Made by a program: the position numbers and the translations under genes. 64,000 nucleotides of DNA from Acidobacteriota bacterium (lineage in GTDB: Bacteria > Acidobacteriota > Vicinamibacteria > Vicinamibacterales > CAVVIG01), in NCBI GenBank assembly GCA_020850715.1, contig JADZED010000080.1, positions 4,524 through 68,523 of the forward strand, read 5' to 3'. Below are positions 28,014-37,629 of this stretch, piece after piece. Numbering within the stretch: the stretch's first letter is position 1; every line of letters begins with the position of its first letter. The notes under the pieces were generated by a model. That model made no database searches. It was not told the origin of the DNA and saw only the letters and a list, made by a program, of their open reading frames with translations.

Positions 28014-28294
28014 GCGCGACGAGGGAGGCCCGCCTCCGGGCGGCGCGCATCGTGCAGCGGCGGACCGGCATGATCGAACAACCCGACGAGCCGGAGCTTC
28101 CGGTGCCGATCGAGCCGGCCGACGCGCCGCCGCCCGACATCAAGCCGGTGCCGCCGCCCGACATCCCGCCGCCGCCGCCGACGCCCGACATCCAGCCGCC
28201 GCCGGGGCCGGATCGCCGCGGGGCACTGAGGGTCCTGGAGGGCGAGCGACGGCACCGGCAAGGCTGGCGTCTGGCGCCGGCACCCGTGCAGGCG

Positions 28295-29632
28295 TCAGGA
28301 CCGATCGCGGGTGCACGCCGCCTCGACAGCGAGCGCGGTGCGTACGAGCGCCTCGGTGTGGCCGCGAGCGCCGATCAGTTGGAGGGAGCAGGGCAGGCCG
28401 GCGGCGGTGAACCCGCACGGCAGGGCGAGGGCGGCATGACCGGTCACGTTGAACGGCGAGGTGAGCCGCAGCATCAGCGCGCGGACGGGCTCGCGCCGGC
28501 CAGCGACGTCAACGAAGGCCTCGCCCAGGCGGGGCGCCGGGATCGGCAGCGTCGGCACGACGAGCGCGTCGCGATCGGCGAGCGCCGCGTCCACCTCTCG
28601 TTCGAGCACGCCCCGGCCGGCCAGCGCGCGCGCGTAATCCTCCCCGCGCACGTGGCGCGCCATCTCGAGCCGCAGCCGCACGTTCGGGGTATACCGCTCG
28701 GGCATCGATTCGAGCGTGGCCGCGTGGTACGCCGCGGCATCGGCCAGCGAGATGTGCATGTAGATCGCCGGCGCATCCGGGGCATGCCGGATGTCCACTT
28801 CGTCGACGCGGACGCCCGAGCGGCGCAGTCGCTCGAGCGCCGCGTCGAAGCGTGCGCGCACTTCGTCGTCCAGCAGATCGCAGAAATACCGCCGAGGCAG
28901 GCCGAGCCGCAGGCCCGCCAGCGGGCGCGGCGCGGGCGGCCTGGGAATCTCGCCCATCAGGCCGCGATGGATCAGCCACGCGTCCAGGACCGTCGACGCG
29001 AGCGGGCCGATGTGGTCGAAGGTCCTCGACAGCGGCACCGTGCCGATCGCGGACACCTCGCCGAGCTCCGGCTTGAGGCCGACGAGGCCGCAGGCGGCGG
29101 CCGGGATGCGGATGGAGCCGCCCGTGTCGCTGCCGACGGTTCCCAGCGCCATCCCGGTCGCGACGCTGACGGCCGAGCCTCCGCTCGATCCTCCGGGCGA
29201 TCGCGACGGATCGAGCGGGTTGCGCACCGGACCGAACGCCGAATCCTCGTTGGTCGTGCCGAGCGCGAACTCGTGCAGGTTCGTCTTGCCGACGAACACG
29301 GCGCCGGCGCGCCGCAGGTGCGCCACCGCGGGGGCGTCGCGAACCGCCCGATGCCCCTCGCGCACGCGCGACGCCGCCGTGGTCGGAGTCCCTTTCAGGT
29401 CGAGCAGATCCTTGAGCGAGATCGGCACGCCGTGCAGCGGTCCGCGGTCGCGGCCGGTTGCCAGCTCCCGATCCGCCTCTCGTGCCTGGGCGCGCGCCGC
29501 TTCGTCGAGCACGAGGATGAAGGCGTTGAGCCGCCCGTTGTCGCTGCCGATGCGGCGCAGGCAGGCGTCGGTCGCCTGCTCGGCGGTGATGGCGCCGGCG
29601 CGCAGCTGCCGCCCGAATTCCGCGATCGTCAC
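28295..29632 (-). CDS. amidase-signature (GatA-like) family amidase
   Basis: GTG 29632 overlaps the O-methyltransferase stop (GTGA). Signature GGSSGGSAVSVATG...GSDTGGSIRIPA and catalytic Lys context PISLKDLL. Confidence 0.85.
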   Translation of the reverse strand: MTIAEFGRQLRAGAITAEQATDACLRRIGSDNGRLNAFILVLDEAARAQAREADRELATGRDRGPLHGVPISLKDLLDLKGTPTTAASRVREGHRAVRDAPAVAHLRRAGAVFVGKTNLHEFALGTTNEDSAFGPVRNPLDPSRSPGGSSGGSAVSVATGMALGTVGSDTGGSIRIPAAACGLVGLKPELGEVSAIGTVPLSRTFDHIGPLASTVLDAWLIHRGLMGEIPRPPAPRPLAGLRLGLPRRYFCDLLDDEVRARFDAALERLRRSGVRVDEVDIRHAPDAPAIYMHISLADAAAYHAATLESMPERYTPNVRLRLEMARHVRGEDYARALAGRGVLEREVDAALADRDALVVPTLPIPAPRLGEAFVDVAGRREPVRALMLRLTSPFNVTGHAALALPCGFTAAGLPCSLQLIGARGHTEALVRTALAVEAACTRDRS

Positions 29633-30375
29633 CGGGAGGCGTTCTCGTTGAAGTCGGCCGCGCGCAGCGCGCGCGTCGAGCGTTCGAGCGATTCGAGCAG
29701 CGGGTTCAGCTCCCTCGCCCCGCGCTTCACGCACAACGCCAGGCCGTCGCGCAGCGGGATCGTCGACGTGATCAGTTGAGGGTGCGCGCTCAGGCGCACG
29801 TTGTAGTCGGCGATGGCGCGCGTGTCGGCCGGGTCCTTCCGGGGCAGCGAGACATGGCCGGGAACGACTTCGCCGTCCCACAGCACGTTGTCGGTCACGA
29901 GCAGGCCGCCGGGCCGGAGCAGTTCGACGAGCCGGTCGAGCATCGGCCCGTACAGCTTCTTGTCGCAGTCCTGGAAGATCAGATCGAACGGCCCGGCGAC
30001 CTTGGCGATCAACCGCTCGGCGTCGCCGATCATCACCGAGACCCGCCCGGACAGGCCGGCGCGCTCGACGTTCGCGCGCGCCCGCCTGGCCCGCTCTTCG
30101 CTCGTTTCCATGGTGATCAGGAGGCCGTCCGGCGGCAGCGCGCCGGCGATCCAGATGGTCGAGTAGCCGATCGCGGTGCCGACCTCGAGCACGCGCCGGG
30201 CGCCGCAGGCCGCGGTCAGCACGCGCAGCAGCGCGCCGACCTCGGCATTGATGAGCGGGAGATGCTCGCGCACTCCTTCGTGCGCGATCTCGTCGAGCAC
30301 GCCGTCGGACTGCCGATTGAGCGACGCGAGATAGCGTTCGACGAGGTCCGGCACGATCTGGCCCATAATCGACAT
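29629..30375 (-). CDS. class I SAM-dependent O-methyltransferase (caffeoyl-CoA OMT-like)
   Basis: SAM-binding VLEVGTAIGYS. DCDK...Y and DNVLW motifs typical of cation-dependent OMTs. Confidence 0.8.
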   Translation of the reverse strand: MSIMGQIVPDLVERYLASLNRQSDGVLDEIAHEGVREHLPLINAEVGALLRVLTAACGARRVLEVGTAIGYSTIWIAGALPPDGLLITMETSEERARRARANVERAGLSGRVSVMIGDAERLIAKVAGPFDLIFQDCDKKLYGPMLDRLVELLRPGGLLVTDNVLWDGEVVPGHVSLPRKDPADTRAIADYNVRLSAHPQLITSTIPLRDGLALCVKRGARELNPLLESLERSTRALRAADFNENASR

Positions 30376-30383
30376 TGTCCTCC

Positions 30384-31793
30384 ATGCGGCGCACGAAAAT
30401 CATCGCGACCGTCGGACCGGCGAGCGACACCGGCGCGGAGCTCGACGCCCTGATCGCCGCCGGCGTCGACGTGTTCCGCCTGAACTTCGCGCACGGCACG
30501 CACGCGTCGCACGCCGCCAGCATCGCCGCCATCCGGCGCGCGGCCGGGCGCGCCGGGCGGGAAGTCGCGATCCTCCAGGATCTTGCCGGCCCGAAGATCC
30601 GCACCGGCCGCCTCGCCGGCGGCTCGCCGATCGACGTCGCACGCGGCGACCCCCTGCGCATCGCGATCGGCGACGGCCTCGGCACGCGCGAGCAGCTGTT
30701 CACCGCCTTCGCAGGGCTGGCGGAGGCCGTGCGGGCCGGCGATCGGCTGCTGCTGGCCGACGGCGCGATCGAGCTCAGGGTCGATGCCAGCGACCCCGCC
30801 GGGATCCGGACGACGGTGGTCGAGGGAGGCAGGATCGGCGAGCACAAGGGCATCAACGCGCCCGGCGTCGCTCTGCCGGTCGCCGCGGTGACCGCCAGGG
30901 ATGCCGACGATCTGGCGTTCGGCGCCGCGCACGGCGTCGACCTGGTCGCGATCAGCTTCGTGCAGTCGGCCGCCGACGTGCGGCGCGTCCGCGGCCTCCT
31001 CGAGGCGCAGGGGCGCAGCCTGCCGGTTGTCGCGAAGCTCGAGCGCCCGGAAGCGCTCGCCAACCTCGCCCTCATTCTCGACGCCTGCGACGGCGTGATG
31101 GTCGCCCGCGGAGACCTGGGCCTCGAGATCCCGCTCGAGCAGGTGCCGCGCGCCCAGAAGAGCATCACGTTGGCGGCGCTGGGTGCGGGCAAGCCCGTGA
31201 TCGTCGCCACGCAGGTGCTCGAGTCGATGACCCGCGCCGCGCGGCCCACGCGCGCCGAGGTCAGCGATGCCGCCAACGCGGTGGACGACGGAGTGGACGC
31301 GATCATGCTGGCGGGCGAGACCGCGGTCGGCGCCGCGCCGGCGCACGTGGCCGCGACGCTCGACGCGATTATTCGCGACGCCGAATCGGCGCCGGATCCC
31401 GGGACCCCGATCGCCCTGCGGCGCGAGGCGCGGCCGGACGATCATGCCTTCGCTCTCTGCATGGCGGCGGTCACGCTCGCCGAACGGGGGGCCGCGCACG
31501 GCATCGTGGCGGTCACCCGCACGGGCCGTACGGCGCAGCGCCTGTCGATGCTCAGGCCGAAGGTGCCGATCCTCGCGGCGTCCGACCGCGTCGACACGGC
31601 GCGGCGGCTGTCGCTTCTGTGGGGCGTGGCCCCGTTTCACATGGAGGTGCCGCCGGATCGCGATCCGGGCGCGATCGGCCGCCAGATGGCCGCACAAGGG
31701 CGCATTCCGCCGGGCGCGGCCGTGGTGCTGGTCAACATCCACCCCGACGCGACGCGGCCGGACGCCAACTATCTCAGGCTCCAGCAGTTCTGA
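30384..31793 (+). CDS. pyk: pyruvate kinase
   Basis: KIIATVGPAS, RLNFAHG, GPKIRTG, MVARGDLG. ATG 30384 is preferred over the TTG 30375 used by the track. Confidence 0.9.
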   Translation: MRRTKIIATVGPASDTGAELDALIAAGVDVFRLNFAHGTHASHAASIAAIRRAAGRAGREVAILQDLAGPKIRTGRLAGGSPIDVARGDPLRIAIGDGLGTREQLFTAFAGLAEAVRAGDRLLLADGAIELRVDASDPAGIRTTVVEGGRIGEHKGINAPGVALPVAAVTARDADDLAFGAAHGVDLVAISFVQSAADVRRVRGLLEAQGRSLPVVAKLERPEALANLALILDACDGVMVARGDLGLEIPLEQVPRAQKSITLAALGAGKPVIVATQVLESMTRAARPTRAEVSDAANAVDDGVDAIMLAGETAVGAAPAHVAATLDAIIRDAESAPDPGTPIALRREARPDDHAFALCMAAVTLAERGAAHGIVAVTRTGRTAQRLSMLRPKVPILAASDRVDTARRLSLLWGVAPFHMEVPPDRDPGAIGRQMAAQGRIPPGAAVVLVNIHPDATRPDANYLRLQQF

Positions 31794-31804
31794 GATGGAC
31801 GCCG

Positions 31805-32311
31805 CTACTTCTCCAGCAGCGCCTTCATCGATGCGAGCGCCCGCTCCCACCCGTGGGCAATGACCTCGTAGTACCGCCGCCAGCGCTCGCCTTCCTCGAA
31901 ACCCGTTTGCCGCACGCGTACCTGGGTGGCGCCATCGTCCGACGAGGTGCACTGCACGGCGAGCGCCATCGGGCCGATCGGGTCGCCGTCGGGCGGGAGC
32001 CAGTAGGCATCGGCGACGAAGAAGCCGGCACCCGCGTCGAATTCCATGACCGTGCCGCGGAAGACGCCGCCCAGGCGGCCCAGCATCTCGTCGCGGAAGT
32101 CGGTCGGCGCCCACTCGATGGCGTACGGCCCCAGCGCCCGCGGCGTGGTCACCGAGTGCGCGGCCTGCCACCAGGCGCCCAGCGCGTCGGCCTCGAAAAA
32201 GGCGCGGAGGACCGTGCCGGCGGGAGCCTGAATGGTGGCACGGACGTCGAGGCTTGGCGCGCTGCCCATGAGCGGCGCGATCATACCGAATGTTGCTAGA
32301 GTGACAAACAT
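31805..32311 (-). CDS. SRPBCC/AHSA1-like domain protein
   Basis: About 150-aa START-like pattern (VRATIQAPAGTVLRAFFEADALGAWW ... GWERALASMKALLE). Confidence 0.65.
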   Translation of the reverse strand: MFVTLATFGMIAPLMGSAPSLDVRATIQAPAGTVLRAFFEADALGAWWQAAHSVTTPRALGPYAIEWAPTDFRDEMLGRLGGVFRGTVMEFDAGAGFFVADAYWLPPDGDPIGPMALAVQCTSSDDGATQVRVRQTGFEEGERWRRYYEVIAHGWERALASMKALLEK

Positions 32312-32313
32312 CC

Positions 32314-33177
32314 ATGACGCAGCAGCCGACCGCCTACACCGATCCCGTGTTTCTCGAGAGCCAGGAGGCGCGCCCGATCCGGATTCTGGCCGAATACCTC
32401 GAGCCGCTCCGCCGTTTCAGGGAACAGCGGATCCAGGACACCGTGGTGTTCTTCGGATCGGCGCGCGTCGACAGCCGCGAGCGGGCACAGCGCGCCCTGC
32501 GGACGCTCAGGGCCCGCGGCGTCCGCGACGCCGACGAACAATTCGAGCGCGAGATCACCCAGACCCGCAAAGCGCTCGAGTGGGCGCGCTACTACGAGGA
32601 CGCGCGCGAGCTCGCGCGGCTGCTGACCGCCTGGAGCCGGACGCTCGAATCCGACAACCACCGGTTCGTCGTCACCTCCGGCGGCGGCCCCGGCATCATG
32701 GAGGCGGCCAATCGCGGCGCCCACGAAGCCGGCGGCAAGACGATCGGCCTGAACATCCGGCTGCCGTTCGAGCAGGGCGCCAACCCCTACATCAGCGACG
32801 GGCTCCACTTCGAGTTCCACTACTTCTTCATGCGCAAGTTCTGGTTCGCCTACCTCGCGAAGGCCCTCGTGATCTTCCCGGGCGGCTTCGGCACGATGGA
32901 CGAGCTGTTCGAGATCCTCACCCTCGTGCAGACCGACAAGCTGTCCAAGCAGATCGATGTCGTGCTCTATGGCAGCGAGTACTGGAGCGAGGTGCTCAAC
33001 CTGAAGCCGATGGGCGACTGGGGCGCCATCGCCGAACAGGATCTCGATCTGCTGCACCACTGCGATACGCCGAAGGACGCGTTCGAGCACCTGCGCGCCA
33101 ACCTGATCGCGCGGCATCTCGAGCCGGCATCGGCGCAGGAAGCGGCGGCGCCGGGGATCGCCCGGACCCGGGGCTGA
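32314..33177 (+). CDS. LOG / TIGR00730-family nucleotide 5'-monophosphate nucleosidase
   Basis: GGGPGIMEAANRGA and PGGFGTMDELFE motifs. Confidence 0.85.
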   Translation: MTQQPTAYTDPVFLESQEARPIRILAEYLEPLRRFREQRIQDTVVFFGSARVDSRERAQRALRTLRARGVRDADEQFEREITQTRKALEWARYYEDARELARLLTAWSRTLESDNHRFVVTSGGGPGIMEAANRGAHEAGGKTIGLNIRLPFEQGANPYISDGLHFEFHYFFMRKFWFAYLAKALVIFPGGFGTMDELFEILTLVQTDKLSKQIDVVLYGSEYWSEVLNLKPMGDWGAIAEQDLDLLHHCDTPKDAFEHLRANLIARHLEPASAQEAAAPGIARTRG

Positions 33178-33206
33178 TCGTTCCATCGGGATTCGAGGAG
33201 GGCCGT

Positions 33207-33692
33207 ATGGATGCGGAGACGCGGCAGCGCGAGATCGCACGCTACAAGGACGGCTATCGCGTCGTCGCCGAGGCGCTCGCCGGCGCGACCGGTGCCGAGC
33301 TGGACGCCCGCCCGGCGCCCGATGCCTGGTCCGCCCGGGAGATCGTGCACCACCTGGCCGACAGCGAGATGACGTCGGCCATCCGGCTGCGGCGGCTCGT
33401 CGCCGAGGAGCAGCCCGCGATCGCCGCCTACGATCAGGACCTGTTCGCCAGGCGGTTGTACTACGACCGACCGATCGCCTCCTCGCTCGAGGCCTTCCGC
33501 TTCGCGCGCGCGACGACGGCCGAGATCCTGGACCGGCTGACCGAGGAGGAATGGGCGCGGGAAGGGACCCATTCCGAGGTCGGACGATTCGGCGTCGAGA
33601 CCTGGCTCGAGATCTACGCGAAGCACGCGCACGGGCACGCCAGCCAGATCCGGCGCGCCCGCGCATCGGCGAATCAGGAGCTGCGGCCCTGA
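33207..33692 (+). CDS. DinB-superfamily protein
   Basis: RBS GAGGAGG. Four-helix-bundle His triad contexts IVHHLADSE and HAHGHASQI. Confidence 0.7.
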   Translation: MDAETRQREIARYKDGYRVVAEALAGATGAELDARPAPDAWSAREIVHHLADSEMTSAIRLRRLVAEEQPAIAAYDQDLFARRLYYDRPIASSLEAFRFARATTAEILDRLTEEEWAREGTHSEVGRFGVETWLEIYAKHAHGHASQIRRARASANQELRP

Positions 33693-33886
33693 TCGCTGCC
33701 ACTCGCGCACGTCCGCGGGCCCCGTGGACCTCTCCGAGGGCAGCCCACCGGACCGAGCCTGTCGGCGAACAGCCCCTCACTCGGCGCCTCCGGCGAGGTG
33801 AACCTGTCGCGGATCGGCCTGCGCGCCGGGCGTGGCGCCGCGTTCGCGTTCACCCGCGAACGCGCGGCAATCGAGGCGACCGTCGA

Positions 33887-35050
33887 TCAGTACAGGAGGT
33901 ACCTCCGCCGGATGTGCTCGAACGCCGCCACGCTCGCCTCCCACGAGCGCGCGATCTCGCGCGCCGAGCGCCCGGCGTCGACCTGCTCGCGCAGCGCCGG
34001 AGAGCCCGCGAGGATGTCGATGGGCGGCTTGACCGGTTCGTATTCGTACGGCGGCTCGCGCCAGGCGAACCGCTGCGGATCGCTGGCCCGGAACGCCGCC
34101 AGCAGCGCGACCCCGCATTCGACCGGCCGGAAGCGCCGCCGATCGAGCACGTGGACCTGGCACCCGCCGCAGCCGATCTTCGCGTGCTTGTGGAAGGTCG
34201 GCTCGAACACCGCGGGCCGGAAGAACACGCCCGGCAGCCCGAGCCGGTTCATCGCATCCGCAAAGCGTTCCGCCGTCACCCAGGGTGCGCCGGACAGCTC
34301 GAACGGCCGCGTCGTGCCGCGTCCCTCCGAGATATTGGTCCCCTCGAGCAGCACCGTGCCCGGATAGACGACGCAGGTGTCGGCGGTCGGAATGTTGGGC
34401 GACGTCATCACCCAGGGGAGGCCGGTCGCCTCGAAGTACATCTCGCGCCGCCAGCCCTGCATCTCGACCACTTCGAGATCGGCGCCGATGCCGAACTCGT
34501 CGTTGAACAGCCGGGCCAGCTCGCCGATGGTCATGCCGTGCCGCATCGGGATGGGGTACTGGCCGACGAACGACTCGAAGCCGTTCTCGAGCATCGGCCC
34601 TTCGACGGCGAGGCCGCCGATCGGGTTCGGTCGATCGCAGACGATCGCCTTGATCCCGCGGGCGCGCGCGGCCGCGAGGCAGTTCGCCATCGTGTAGATG
34701 TAGGTATAGATTCGCGTCCCCACGTCCTGCAGGTCGATGACGAGCAGATCGACCTCTTCGAGCATGGCCGCGGTGGGCGTTCGGGTCTCGCTGTACAGCG
34801 AATACACCGGCACGCGGCGGACGGCGTCGTGCGCGTGGCCGCTCTCGATCATGTTCTCCTGCACGTCGGAGCGGAACCCGTGCTGCGGGCCGAAGATCGC
34901 GGCGAGCCGGCCCCGCGGCCGTGCGGCCAGGCGGTCGGCGACATGCCTGAGCTGGCGGTCGACCGAGGAGGGATTGCACACAATCGCGGCACGCGCGCCG
35001 TCGAGGCGGCCGCTGTCGAGCAGCCGTTCACACCCCGGAACCACGGTCAT
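33887..35050 (-). CDS. DUF1343 / NamZ-like exo-beta-N-acetylmuramidase family protein
   Basis: Family-typical blocks IFGPQHGF, VPVYSLYSE, LLVIDLQDVGTRIYTYIYTM. Confidence 0.75.
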   Translation of the reverse strand: MTVVPGCERLLDSGRLDGARAAIVCNPSSVDRQLRHVADRLAARPRGRLAAIFGPQHGFRSDVQENMIESGHAHDAVRRVPVYSLYSETRTPTAAMLEEVDLLVIDLQDVGTRIYTYIYTMANCLAAARARGIKAIVCDRPNPIGGLAVEGPMLENGFESFVGQYPIPMRHGMTIGELARLFNDEFGIGADLEVVEMQGWRREMYFEATGLPWVMTSPNIPTADTCVVYPGTVLLEGTNISEGRGTTRPFELSGAPWVTAERFADAMNRLGLPGVFFRPAVFEPTFHKHAKIGCGGCQVHVLDRRRFRPVECGVALLAAFRASDPQRFAWREPPYEYEPVKPPIDILAGSPALREQVDAGRSAREIARSWEASVAAFEHIRRRYLLY

Positions 35051-35120
35051 GCACGCAATTATAGGAGGCTCGCGGGAGGCCGCCGTCCCAGGCGCACGCT
35101 GCCGCCCCAGGGCGACTCAC

Positions 35121-35149
35121 TTGCTTACGCAGGACCCGGTTGATAGACT
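35121..35149 (+). promoter_or_regulatory. promoter TTGCTT-17-TAGACT with extended -10 TG, giving an about 180-nt 5' UTR for the RRM gene
   Basis: TTGCTT 35121-35126, TGATAGACT 35141-35149. Confidence 0.35.
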
Positions 35150-35334
35150 ACGCCTCCTTGGTGGTCAGCCCCGCCTGCTTCGCCCGCGCCGAGAGCCGAT
35201 CGAGCCTCCGTCCTGACTCGCTCTCTCCTCCACGTGATCGCCTAGCCGACGCGCAGCCACCAGCCCGGGGCTGATGCTCCGGGGCGGTAATGCGCCGGAT
35301 GCGTGCAGCACGCCGGCGGGATGAGGAGACAGCG

Positions 35335-35658
35335 ATGGGTCGAAGGCTCTACGTCGGAAATCTGCCCTACACGACGGGCGAAGCGGAACTGCAGGAACTG
35401 TTCGCCCGCGCGGGCACGGTCGAATCGGTGCGCGTGATGCGCGATGCGGCGACCGGCCGCGCCCGGGGATTCGCGTTCGTCGAGATGGCGACCGACGACG
35501 AGGCCCAGAAAGCTGCTTCGGAATTCAACCAGTTCCAGTTGGGAGGCCGCAGTCTGACCGTCAACGAAGCGCGGCCGAAGCCCGAAGGCGGGTTTGGCGG
35601 CGGCTTCGGCGGCAACCGCGGCGGCGGCGGCGGCGGACGCCGCGAGCCGCGCTGGTAA
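35335..35658 (+). CDS. RRM-type glycine-rich RNA-binding protein
   Basis: RBS GAGGAG. RNP-2 LYVGNL, RNP-1 RGFAFVEM, C-terminal GGFGGGFGGNRGGGGGG tail. Confidence 0.9.
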   Translation: MGRRLYVGNLPYTTGEAELQELFARAGTVESVRVMRDAATGRARGFAFVEMATDDEAQKAASEFNQFQLGGRSLTVNEARPKPEGGFGGGFGGNRGGGGGGRREPRW

Positions 35659-35663
35659 CGCCG

Positions 35664-35909
35664 ATGAAGTCGTGGACCAAGGGCGACCGCGTCGTCCAGC
35701 CGACCTATGGCTCCGGCACGCTGGTCGAGGTGAACGAGCACCACACCGTCATCGACTTCGACGAGCACGGCCGCCGCGTCTTCGCGACGCGGCTGGTCGC
35801 GCTGCAGGCGACCAGCGAGCCGGCGCCCGCCAAGGCAGCGCGCAAGCGTGCGACGAAGGCGAAGCCGAAAGGCGAGCGCGGCGGACAGGAGAAAGCGGGC
35901 AAAGCCTAG
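35664..35909 (+). CDS. small protein with beta-rich N-domain and Lys/Ala-rich basic tail (81 aa)
   Basis: Starts 5 nt after the RRM gene stop. MKSWTKGDRVVQPTYGSGTLVEV..., then KAARKRATKAKPKGERGGQEKAGKA. Confidence 0.55.
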   Translation: MKSWTKGDRVVQPTYGSGTLVEVNEHHTVIDFDEHGRRVFATRLVALQATSEPAPAKAARKRATKAKPKGERGGQEKAGKA

Positions 35910-35935
35910 AGCCGCTCGCACGGCGTTCGGGTGCG

Positions 35936-37222
35936 TCAGCGCGCGGCCAGCGCCGCGGCGGCCATCCGGGCGGTCGCCCAGGCCCACTGAAAGTTGAAGC
36001 CGCCCAGCCGGCCGTCGGCGTCGAGCATCTCGCCGACGAGAAAGAGACCGGGGCGGATCCGCGACTCCATCGACGACGGATCGATCTCCGCGAGATCGAC
36101 GCCACCGGCCGTGGCCTCCGCAAAGTTGTAGCCGCGGGCGCCGGCCACCGGCAGCGGCCAGGCGTCGAGCGCGTGCGCCAGGCGCCGGCGCGCGTCCCGA
36201 CCGGCGTGCGCCAGCGTGGTGCACCCTTCAATCGACAGTCGTCGCAGCAGCGCCTCGGCGACCGAGGCCGGCACGATCGACGCGAGCGTCGCAGCGATCG
36301 AGGCGGTCGGCCGCGCCCTGGCGCGATCGATCCACAGGCGATCGATCTCGTCGAAAGCGGCGCCGCCGCAGAAGTTCAACGTCAATCGGACCGGGCGCCG
36401 CTCGAGCTCCGCGCGCAAGTAGTGACGCGACGCATCCAGGGCCACCGGTCCGCTCACCCCGAAGTGCGTCCACAGCAGCGGACCGTACAGCCGCCGGGCG
36501 CGCACGCCGTCGATCCAGATCGAAAGCGCGACCGGCTGCGACACGCCGGACAGCTCCCGATGGAGCGGATCGGCGTCCGCCAGCAGGAGCGGCGTCAACG
36601 CCGGCGTTGTCGGCACGATGGTGTGCCCGAGGCGGCGGGCGATCTCCAGCCCGGCGCCGTCGCTGCCGGATTTCGGGAGCGACCGGCCGCCGGTTGCCAG
36701 CACCACCCGCCGGGCGTCGACCGCCATCGTCGGGGTCTGGACGCGGAAGCGATCGCCGCATGGCACGACGTCGAGGACGCGCTGCCCAGTCAACAGCCGT
36801 GCGCCCACGGCGTCGATCTCGCCGAGCAGCGCGTCGAGCACATCGCGCGAACGATTCGAATCCGGAAACAGTTTGCCCTCTTCTTCGGCATGGAGCGGCA
36901 CCCCGAGCTCCCGGAAGAAGGCGACGGTGCGCTCGGGCGGAAATCCGCCGAGGATCCGGCCGATCGGCACGCGCCGTCCGCCGCTGAAGTCGGCCGCCTC
37001 GACGCGCGCGTTGGCGACGTTGCAGCGGCCGCCGCCGCTGACGAGAATCTTGGCCCCCGGACGCTTCGCACCCTCCAGCAGCACGACCGACGGCGGCCGG
37101 TCCGCACGGCGGGTGAAGATTGCCGTCGCAAGGCCGGCCGCGCCGGCGCCGACGATGGCGATGTCTGCGGTGAGGAGGCGGGAGGCCACGGGTGCGGAGG
37201 AAGAATCCGGGCGAACCGTCAT
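35936..37222 (-). CDS. HI0933/BaiN-like NAD(P)/FAD-dependent flavoprotein
   Basis: IVGAGAAGLATAIF dinucleotide motif and SGGGRCNV motif. Confidence 0.8.
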   Translation of the reverse strand: MTVRPDSSSAPVASRLLTADIAIVGAGAAGLATAIFTRRADRPPSVVLLEGAKRPGAKILVSGGGRCNVANARVEAADFSGGRRVPIGRILGGFPPERTVAFFRELGVPLHAEEEGKLFPDSNRSRDVLDALLGEIDAVGARLLTGQRVLDVVPCGDRFRVQTPTMAVDARRVVLATGGRSLPKSGSDGAGLEIARRLGHTIVPTTPALTPLLLADADPLHRELSGVSQPVALSIWIDGVRARRLYGPLLWTHFGVSGPVALDASRHYLRAELERRPVRLTLNFCGGAAFDEIDRLWIDRARARPTASIAATLASIVPASVAEALLRRLSIEGCTTLAHAGRDARRRLAHALDAWPLPVAGARGYNFAEATAGGVDLAEIDPSSMESRIRPGLFLVGEMLDADGRLGGFNFQWAWATARMAAAALAAR

Positions 37223-37270
37223 GGGACGCGTGAAGCGCCACGCTCGCGCTTCACAGATGGCGACGGCAGT

Positions 37271-37492
37271 CTACCCGCACCCTTCGAGTCGCATGCCGGT
37301 GTCGTCCGCGGGAGGTTCCCTGGTGTCGCGGTCGGTGGCCGGCACTGATGAAATGGCGCCACAGGCGTTGCAGCGGACGACGAGCGCAGGCGGCGTCTCG
37401 GTCATGCCGACGACTTCGGTACGATGGCTTCCGCACTTCGGACATATCGAGAGCGGCATACGCGGGATTGCGGAATATTCATAATGAACCAT
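37271..37492 (-). CDS. small zinc-ribbon protein (73 aa)
   Basis: CPKCG ... CNACG pairs. Candidate leaderless promoter immediately upstream (TTGGCC-16-TATGAG-5-ATG on the minus strand, 37525-37498). Confidence 0.45.
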   Translation of the reverse strand: MVHYEYSAIPRMPLSICPKCGSHRTEVVGMTETPPALVVRCNACGAISSVPATDRDTREPPADDTGMRLEGCG

Positions 37493-37629
37493 GATGTCTC
37501 ATAGAGTCATCAATTGCAGGGCCAAGGCAGGGATCGCGGCAAGTTGCTCGCGAACAATGATTTGACCAACTTGTAACGATGCAGCAATTCGAAAGGTGTA
37601 TCGAGGCTGAACACGAAAAGCGAAAACGG

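Noticed and set aside
27938-28261. Minus-strand Arg-rich (107 aa) and Gly-rich (27985-28191, MSGVGGGGGMSGGG...) ORFs; a RiPP-like precursor was considered.
   Set aside because: They are alternative-frame readings of the same CCGCCCGACATC repeat. Third-position GC favours the plus-strand Pro-rich frame. No maturation enzymes are nearby.
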